Assembly: GCA_041572575.1 (NCBI GenBank)
Contig: JBFFSH010000034.1
Location: 1 to 26,151, forward strand
Direction of reading: 5' to 3'
DNA length: 26,151 nucleotides
Source of the DNA: Thermodesulfobacteriota bacterium
GTDB taxonomy: Bacteria; Desulfobacterota_D; UBA1144; Nemesobacterales; N074bin48
How positions within the stretch are numbered: the stretch's first letter is position 1; each line of letters starts with the position of its first letter. The notes below the pieces were generated by a model. That model did not search any database. It saw nothing but the letters and a program-made list of their open reading frames with translations, and was not told the origin of the DNA. This document shows positions 19,773 through 26,151 of the stretch, one piece after another. The translations under genes were made by a program, and so were the position numbers.

Positions 19773-21206
19773 ATGGATAAATATGACTTAACAATAATCG
19801 GATCAGGCCCTGGGGGCTATGTAGCTGCTATAAGAGCAGCTCAGCTTGGAAGGAAGGTTTCAATTATAGAAAGAGATTATCCCGGTGGAGTTTGTCTTAA
19901 CTGGGGATGCATACCATCAAAGGCAATACTTAAATGTGCTGAAGTTTATCAAAACTTTTTACACTCTGAGGATTATGGAATCACAACCAAAGGACTTTCA
20001 TTTGATTATTCCAAGGTAATACAAAAAAGCAGGAACGCTTCATCTGCCCTTACCAAAGGCGTTGAGTTTTTGATGAAAAAAAACAAGATAGATCTATTTA
20101 AAGGAACTGGAAAATTAATAGATAAAAACAAGGTTGGAATAATTGGTGAAAAAGATGAAATTGAACTTGTTTCTAATAACATACTTATTTGTACAGGTTC
20201 AGGGCCAAGAGTCATACCGGGAATTGAAGTAGATGGAAAAATGATAATGACAAGCGATGAGGCCATAAAATCTACTGATTTTCCTAAGTCGGTTGTTATT
20301 ATAGGCGGTGGTTATATAGGTGCAGAGTTTGCATATGTTTATAACTCATTTGGTAGCAAGGTTACAATAATAGAAATGGCAGAGAATCTAATTCCAGGAG
20401 CAGATAAAGAAGTAGCAAAGACTCTTGAGAAGATATTTAAGAGATCTGGTATGGATGTATTTACGAGCACAAAATACAAATCATATAAGAAAACTAAAAC
20501 ACAGGTAGAAGTAGTAGTTGAGAATGTAAAAGATGGCAAAGAGCAGGCAATTAAATCATCGCAAATGCTTATAGCAATAGGCAGGAAGGCTGTGGCAAAT
20601 GATGCCCCTACTTCTTATGCATATTACAAAGAATCAAAGGATATAGGTCTTAAATCATTAAATATTGAGTTAAATAATCATGGTTTTATAAAAACTAATG
20701 ATGATTATGAGACTACTTGCAGCAATATCTATGCTATCGGTGATGTCATAGGACCACCGTTACTCGCTCATAAAGCATCAGAAGAGGGTGTTGTTGCAGT
20801 TGAAAAAATGAACGGTATAGATTCTAAGGTTCATTATAATACTATACCAAGCTGTGTGTACTGCCAGCCAGAGATTGGCTCTGTAGGATATACAGAGGAA
20901 CAGATCAAAGAACTGGGAATTAAATATGATGTAGGCAAATTCCCTTTCAAAGCCGCAGGAAAAGCCGTAGCAGTGGGTGACACTGAAGGTTTTGTAAAGA
21001 TTTTAACTGATGCAAGAACAGGTGAAGTTTTGGGTTCACATATAATTGGGCATGGAGCCACAGAGATGATAGGAGAGCTTACAATTGCAAAAGCTTTAGA
21101 GTCTACTGCTTTTGAGATAGCCGAGACTTCGCATGCTCACCCTACTCTTTCTGAGGCTATAATGGAAGCTGCCTTGGGCACTATGGGAAGAACAAGAAAT
21201 ATGTAG
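19773..21206 (+). CDS. lpdA: Dihydrolipoyl dehydrogenase (second, distinct paralog)
   Basis: GSGPGGY, GGVCLNWGCIPSK, GGGYIG, LAHKAS and HAHPTLSE motifs. Confidence 0.95.
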   Translation: MDKYDLTIIGSGPGGYVAAIRAAQLGRKVSIIERDYPGGVCLNWGCIPSKAILKCAEVYQNFLHSEDYGITTKGLSFDYSKVIQKSRNASSALTKGVEFLMKKNKIDLFKGTGKLIDKNKVGIIGEKDEIELVSNNILICTGSGPRVIPGIEVDGKMIMTSDEAIKSTDFPKSVVIIGGGYIGAEFAYVYNSFGSKVTIIEMAENLIPGADKEVAKTLEKIFKRSGMDVFTSTKYKSYKKTKTQVEVVVENVKDGKEQAIKSSQMLIAIGRKAVANDAPTSYAYYKESKDIGLKSLNIELNNHGFIKTNDDYETTCSNIYAIGDVIGPPLLAHKASEEGVVAVEKMNGIDSKVHYNTIPSCVYCQPEIGSVGYTEEQIKELGIKYDVGKFPFKAAGKAVAVGDTEGFVKILTDARTGEVLGSHIIGHGATEMIGELTIAKALESTAFEIAETSHAHPTLSEAIMEAALGTMGRTRNM

Positions 21207-21219
21207 CTATATTGCTCTG

Positions 21220-21248
21220 AAGACACCCGGTAATAATTTTAGTATAAT
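21220..21248 (+). promoter_or_regulatory. Putative promoter giving a leaderless lipB transcript
   Basis: AAGACA, 17 nt, TATAAT (21243-21248); ATG 6 nt downstream; no Shine-Dalgarno. Confidence 0.45.
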
Positions 21249-21254
21249 TATTAT

Positions 21255-21926
21255 ATGCAAGAATTTAAAATCCTAAGCCTTGGTATTACAAATTATAGTA
21301 AGGCTTTGGATATTCAGTTAAAACTTCTAGATAAAAGAAAGAACAACCTTATTCCAGATACCCTCATACTACTAGAGCACCCTCCTACAATTACTATAGG
21401 CAGAGCAGGTAATTTAAATAATCTTTTAGTATCCGAAGAACATCTTAAAAATAATGGAATACATTTTGAAAAGATCAGCAGAGGTGGTGATATCACCTTT
21501 CATGGCCCCGGACAGATTGTAGGATATCCTATAATAGATTTAAATAATCTTCAAAAAGATATTCACAAATATTTAAGAGCTTTAGAGTATTTAATTGTTG
21601 ATGTGCTTAAGAAATTTAATATAAAAGCTTCTCCTTTTAAGGGAATTACAGGAGTATGGGCAAATGGAAAAAAAATTGCTTCTATAGGAATCGGAGTAAA
21701 GAGATGGATAACCTATCACGGGTTTGCATTAAACATCGATAATGATCTTGAATATTTTGATATGATTATTCCATGCGGACTAAATAAAGTAAGAATGACC
21801 AATATACAAAATGAATCAGATTTACAAAATATAACAATGGAGGAAATTAATAAATATATTATTGATTCATTCTCCAAAACTTTTAATATGAATTATTCCG
21901 GAACTTTAGATTTGAAAACGGGTTAA
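21255..21926 (+). CDS. lipB: Lipoyl(octanoyl) transferase
   Basis: LLEHPPTITIG, RGGDITFHGPGQIVGYPI, KIASIG, HGFALN and IPCG motifs. Confidence 0.95.
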   Translation: MQEFKILSLGITNYSKALDIQLKLLDKRKNNLIPDTLILLEHPPTITIGRAGNLNNLLVSEEHLKNNGIHFEKISRGGDITFHGPGQIVGYPIIDLNNLQKDIHKYLRALEYLIVDVLKKFNIKASPFKGITGVWANGKKIASIGIGVKRWITYHGFALNIDNDLEYFDMIIPCGLNKVRMTNIQNESDLQNITMEEINKYIIDSFSKTFNMNYSGTLDLKTG

Positions 21927-21933
21927 TAAACAT

Positions 21934-23028
21934 ATGGAAACTGTAACAAAAACAATTACTATTATATTTTTATTTTTGACTTCTTATATACCATCCTGTG
22001 CCGATACAGGTGATATCATACTTCCCAAAAACTTTAGCATAGATACTTATGCTGAAAAGCTAAAAGGTCCCAGGTTTATGGCTCTTAGTCCGGATAACGT
22101 TGTTTTTGTTACCGAAATACGTTCAGGTCATGTAATGGCCCTACCAGATATAAACAAAGATGGTAAAACAGATGAATATTTAATTAAAGCTGGTAGGTTG
22201 AGATATCCCAACGGGATTGCTTTTTATAAGAATTGGCTTTATGTTGGAGAAACTCATCAGATTGTAAGATATCAATATTTTGGCTATAAAAATGATCTTG
22301 GAAAAAAAGAAGTTATAGTACCCAATCTACCAACAGGCGGACAAGGAACAAAAACTATACTATTTGGAAAAGATAATAAATTATATGTGTCTATAGGCTC
22401 ATCTTGTAATGCATGTAAGGAAAAAGACAAAAGAAGAGCAGCTGTCATGCAGTACAATGCGGATGGTAGTAATGGCAGGTTGTATGCTGAAGGACTTAGA
22501 AACTCTGTAGGAATAATCTCTCATCCATCCACAGGACAAATATGGAGTACTGATAATGGAACTGACTGGTTAGGAGATGATTTGCCGCCAGAAGAGATAA
22601 ACATATTAGAAGATGGAAAGCACTATGGATGGCCTTATTGTTATGGAAAAAGAATTCCAGATCCTAATATGGGTAATGAGAATTTTTGTAGAAATACAAT
22701 GTCATCTACTATTGATCTTCAGGCGCATTCAGCTGCCCTTGGATTACGATTCTATAATGGCAATCAATTCCCAAAAGAATATCATGGCGATCTTTTTGTT
22801 GCATATCATGGCTCATGGAACAGATCAACGCCCACTGGTTATAAAGTTGTCAGGATAAAAACTAAAAATAATAAACCAGTTTTAATAGAAGACTTCGCAT
22901 CAGGCTGGCTTAAAGGTGATAAGAGAACAGGCAGACCAGTTGATGTATTAGTTGCAAATGACGGCAGTCTTTTAATCTCAGATGATAGAGAAGGTAAGAT
23001 ATACAGGATTAGTTATGAAAAATTATAG
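21934..23028 (+). CDS. Exported PQQ-dependent sugar/sorbosone dehydrogenase family beta-propeller (possibly a lipoprotein)
   Basis: Signal peptide with a Cys (IPSC); LYVSIGSSCN, GLRNSVG, HYGWPYCY, AHSAALGL, HGSWNR and GRPVDV...DGSLLISDD motifs. Confidence 0.85.
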   Translation: METVTKTITIIFLFLTSYIPSCADTGDIILPKNFSIDTYAEKLKGPRFMALSPDNVVFVTEIRSGHVMALPDINKDGKTDEYLIKAGRLRYPNGIAFYKNWLYVGETHQIVRYQYFGYKNDLGKKEVIVPNLPTGGQGTKTILFGKDNKLYVSIGSSCNACKEKDKRRAAVMQYNADGSNGRLYAEGLRNSVGIISHPSTGQIWSTDNGTDWLGDDLPPEEINILEDGKHYGWPYCYGKRIPDPNMGNENFCRNTMSSTIDLQAHSAALGLRFYNGNQFPKEYHGDLFVAYHGSWNRSTPTGYKVVRIKTKNNKPVLIEDFASGWLKGDKRTGRPVDVLVANDGSLLISDDREGKIYRISYEKL

Positions 23029-23526
23029 CTAATTACTTATATTTCTAATTTGCTGCTCAAGTTCTTCCATTTTTTGTTTTATTTTTAATAAGTCATCATT
23101 TCTGTTTTTAGGCTTTAATTTGCTTGAGCTGGTATTTGCAAATTTAGAGTATTTTAAAGAATCATTATTATCAGTATTATTATTTTCATAAAGATATGGC
23201 TGCATCATCATTATAAAGCTTTTATCCAAATAACTATTACTAAGCTTGTTACCATATCTTATAAGTTTATGTAAAAAAGGAACCGGAAGCATATCCTGTT
23301 TATTCTTTTCACTTTCCAATATAGTTTGAATAAGTATTTGTTTAGTAATATCTTCTTTACTTTGAGTATCTATAACCTTAATGGTATTACCACTTTTAAT
23401 TAAATCAGATATTTGCTGTAGGTTGATGTATCTCTTTTGCGCACTATGATATAATCTTCTATTACTGTATTTCTTTATTTGAATAATATCACTGTTATTA
23501 TTTTTATTTCGCATTTGCAAGATCAT
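23029..23526 (-). CDS. phaR: Polyhydroxyalkanoate synthesis regulator-like protein (PhaR N-terminal DNA-binding domain)
   Basis: IKKYSNRRLY...YINL...DITKQILIQTILE...LPVPFLHKLIR, with a C-terminal coiled coil. Start may be ATG 23514. Confidence 0.8.
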   Translation of the reverse strand: MILQMRNKNNNSDIIQIKKYSNRRLYHSAQKRYINLQQISDLIKSGNTIKVIDTQSKEDITKQILIQTILESEKNKQDMLPVPFLHKLIRYGNKLSNSYLDKSFIMMMQPYLYENNNTDNNDSLKYSKFANTSSSKLKPKNRNDDLLKIKQKMEELEQQIRNISN

Positions 23527-23576
23527 TATTCAAAAAACATACCCTAAGTCAAGATATGATATTTATTTTATGAATA

Positions 23577-23606
23577 TTGTTAACAAAATATTAATTTGGG
23601 TATAAT
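23577..23606 (+). promoter_or_regulatory. Putative ilvE promoter with palindrome TTGTTAACAA over the -35
   Basis: TTGTTA, 18 nt, TATAAT (23601-23606); perfect 10-bp palindrome at 23577-23586; GGAG RBS downstream. Confidence 0.4.
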
Positions 23607-23638
23607 AGAAGTTTTTTAACACAGTATGGAGATGATAA

Positions 23639-24559
23639 ATGACTGAAATGCCCTATAAAATATGGTTTAACGGCAAACTTGTTGACTGGAAAGATGCAAA
23701 TGTACATGTACTGACTCATACTCTTCACTATGGTCTTGGTGTTTTTGAAGGTATAAGGGCTTATGAATGCAAAGACTCAAAGACTGCGATATTCAGATTG
23801 GATGAACATGTAGAAAGGATGTTTAAATCTGCACATATTGCGATGATGAAAATACCTTTTTCTAAAAAGCAGATTACAGAGGCAATTGTTCATACAGTTG
23901 AAGAAAACGAACTAGTATCATGCTATATAAGACCCCTGGCTTTTATTGGAGATGGGGTAATGGGTGTACACCCAAAGGACAACCCCGTAAGTGTTATCAT
24001 AGCAGTTTGGCCATGGGGTGCTTATTTAGGTGATGATGGAATTAATAACGGAATAAGGGCAAAAGTTTCCTCTTTTACAAGAATGCATGTAAATGCATCA
24101 ATGACTAAAGCTAAAATTTGTGGCAATTATGTAAATTCCATCTATGCCAAGCTCGAAGTAACATCACTTGGTTATGATGAAGCTATTCTGCTGGATTCTG
24201 ATGGCTATGTTGCTGAAGGCAGTGGTGAGAATATATTTATAGTTAGAAATGGAAAACTTATCACTCCTCCGTTAACCTCAACCCTCGAAGGTATAACAAG
24301 AAATACTGTAATTGAAATAGCACAGGATGAGGGCTATGAAATTGATTATCAAAGGTTTACAAGAGATGAATTCTATATTGCAGATGAATCTTTTATGACG
24401 GGAACGGCAGCCGAAGTAACACCTATAAGAGAACTTGATGACAGGGCTATTGGTACAGGTGCGCCTGGAGAGATTACAAAAAATATACAAAAGATATTCT
24501 TCGATTCAGTTCAGGGAAAGAATAAAAAATATAAAAAGTGGCTTACTTATCTTAAATAA
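23639..24559 (+). CDS. ilvE: Branched-chain amino acid aminotransferase
   Basis: [17 protein letters not shown] lysine in [22 protein letters not shown] and GTAAEVTP motifs. Confidence 0.96.
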   Translation: MTEMPYKIWFNGKLVDWKDANVHVLTHTLHYGLGVFEGIRAYECKDSKTAIFRLDEHVERMFKSAHIAMMKIPFSKKQITEAIVHTVEENELVSCYIRPLAFIGDGVMGVHPKDNPVSVIIAVWPWGAYLGDDGINNGIRAKVSSFTRMHVNASMTKAKICGNYVNSIYAKLEVTSLGYDEAILLDSDGYVAEGSGENIFIVRNGKLITPPLTSTLEGITRNTVIEIAQDEGYEIDYQRFTRDEFYIADESFMTGTAAEVTPIRELDDRAIGTGAPGEITKNIQKIFFDSVQGKNKKYKKWLTYLK

Positions 24560-24564
24560 GAATC

Positions 24565-26151
24565 CTATTTAATTTTAAGGATAAATGGCATTATGGTTTT
24601 AACATCTTCGTTTGCAAGCATGCTTAATTTTTCAGTATACTCATTATAAACAGAGGTAAATCCAAAGCTTTTTCCAATTGTTGAAAGGTCTAACACCTTT
24701 GGTTTTTTTACAGTTTTCACTATTACCTTACTTATATCAATATTGGCTTGTGATGCTGCCAGTTTAATACAGTCATAAATTCCGCCAAATTCATCTATAA
24801 GCTTAAGTTCTTTTGCCTGATTACCCGTCCATACCCTTCCCTTTGCGTTCTTTTCAGTCTCTGCCTTTGTAAGATTTCTGGCTTCAGATACTCTTGTAAT
24901 AAACTTGTCATAAAGGTCTTTCATCATTGAGGTTATCTTTTTAGACTCTGCTTCACTAAACCCTTTTGTGGGTGAGAACATAAGAGCATTCTTCCCTTTA
25001 TTAACAGATTCTATGTTTATACCAAACCTTTTTAGAAAATTAGCTACGTTTATCTTTCCGCCAAATACTCCTATAGAACCTGTAAGAGTAAAAGGATCGG
25101 CGATTATTCTATTTCCTCCGAGTGCTATTAAGTATCCACCTGATGCTGCAACATCAGACATAGAAATAACTACCGGTATTTTTTTAGATAACCTTTCCAG
25201 TTCTCTGCATATAAGGTCTGAGGATAATCCAGAACCTCCAGGGCTTGATACCCTGTATACAAGTGCTTTTAGCTTATTGCTCTTATAAACCTCTCTTAGT
25301 GCCTTGATAGTCGTATTATGGCCAATATTTTTTGACTTTCCCCTGCCTCTACTATCCCCTGGAGTAATCATTCCTGTATCTGTTAGGAGACCGATATTGA
25401 ATGTATTATTTTTAAAAAATGATATAAAAGCCCTCAACCTGTCCTTAGCTCCCAACAGTTTTATATATCTATCTATCTCAACCTTTCTTATTTTGTGGTC
25501 TAGCAATATTTCAATTTCTTTATCAAATTCATGTTCATAGCCTATAGAATCTATAAGACCGTTTTTTTGTGCTTCATCAGGTATGTATGGACCGTCATCA
25601 ATTATTTTTTCAATACTTGCGGGGGATTTACTTCTTCCCTCAGAAATTGACAGAGCAAGCTGACTAAATAAATCACCCAGCAAAGAGTCCAGCATTTCCC
25701 TGTGAGCCTTTGACATCTTATTTGATGTAAATGTTTCTACTGCACTCTTAAACTCCCCAACGGATTTAAAATGAGGTTCTATATCATATTTTTCAAATGC
25801 GTCTTTTAAGAAAACTACCTCTGCTTTTAAACCCACAAGATTAAGAGTAGACCAGGGCGGCACAATTATTTTGTCTGATGCCGAGGCTATTAAATATTCG
25901 GCATTGCCCGAGCCTTCAAGATAAGTAAACACTTTTACTCCGGATTTTCTGACTTCAAAAAGTTTTCTTCTTATAGACTCAGACCTTGCAAGACCAATAT
26001 GAAGATCTTTAATTTTTAGGATTACGCATTTTATGTACTCGTTCTCAGATACATGAGTCAATACCTTCTCAAGCTCCCATACCGTGGGTTTTTTCTTAAT
26101 CTGAATAAATGGAATAGGTATGGATTCTGTTTCCTCAGGAATATCACCCTC
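24565..26151 (-). CDS. sppA: Signal peptide peptidase SppA, long (two-domain) type; 5' end beyond the window
   Basis: Frame stays open from 26061 to the window edge (EGDIPEETESIPIPFIQIKKKPTVWELEKVL...). Catalytic-type Lys in GEFKSAVE, plus SPGG, Ser in AASGGY, TGSIGV and GRVWTG. Confidence 0.92.
   Translation of the reverse strand, partial: EGDIPEETESIPIPFIQIKKKPTVWELEKVLTHVSENEYIKCVILKIKDLHIGLARSESIRRKLFEVRKSGVKVFTYLEGSGNAEYLIASASDKIIVPPWSTLNLVGLKAEVVFLKDAFEKYDIEPHFKSVGEFKSAVETFTSNKMSKAHREMLDSLLGDLFSQLALSISEGRSKSPASIEKIIDDGPYIPDEAQKNGLIDSIGYEHEFDKEIEILLDHKIRKVEIDRYIKLLGAKDRLRAFISFFKNNTFNIGLLTDTGMITPGDSRGRGKSKNIGHNTTIKALREVYKSNKLKALVYRVSSPGGSGLSSDLICRELERLSKKIPVVISMSDVAASGGYLIALGGNRIIADPFTLTGSIGVFGGKINVANFLKRFGINIESVNKGKNALMFSPTKGFSEAESKKITSMMKDLYDKFITRVSEARNLTKAETEKNAKGRVWTGNQAKELKLIDEFGGIYDCIKLAASQANIDISKVIVKTVKKPKVLDLSTIGKSFGFTSVYNEYTEKLSMLANEDVKTIMPFILKIK

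Noticed and set aside
1861..25540. Short antisense or alternate-frame ORFs in the track (e.g. 1861-2148, 3438-3686, 8339-8644, 16007-16228, 22613-22858, 24968-25288)
   Set aside because: They lie within well-supported genes and have no recognisable motifs; consistent with shadow ORFs.
26059..26061. TTG start for sppA given by the ORF track
   Set aside because: The frame stays open to the window edge with protein-like sequence, so the real start lies outside the window.

Overview
AT-rich, tightly packed bacterial chromosomal segment, mostly central metabolism. From left to right: the left end of an IS3-family (IS407-group-like) insertion sequence whose terminal TGA is the stop codon of an FmdB-family zinc-ribbon gene; a very AT-rich orphan lipoprotein; a YciK-like SDR; and a lutABC lactate-utilisation operon. 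Divergent from lutABC is a large soluble PAS-5xGAF-PAS-HisKA_2/HATPase sensor kinase (5529-9503). The ORF track shows it as two ORFs, but it is one reading frame broken by a single in-frame TAA at 7179-7181, and four of its GAF units have an exact 540-bp period. Then come ileS, a hypothetical gene, a second SDR, an aceE-aceF-lpdA pyruvate dehydrogenase operon, an atypical CxxC CMD/AhpD-like gene, a second lpdA with lipB, a PQQ-type beta-propeller with apparently altered catalytic residues, a PhaR-like regulator, ilvE and a 5'-truncated long-form sppA. No rRNA, tRNA or CRISPR array was seen. The best candidates for something undescribed are the tandem-GAF kinase and a possible lipoyl-dependent thiol relay (CMD + second Lpd + LipB + E2); both functional ideas are inference.
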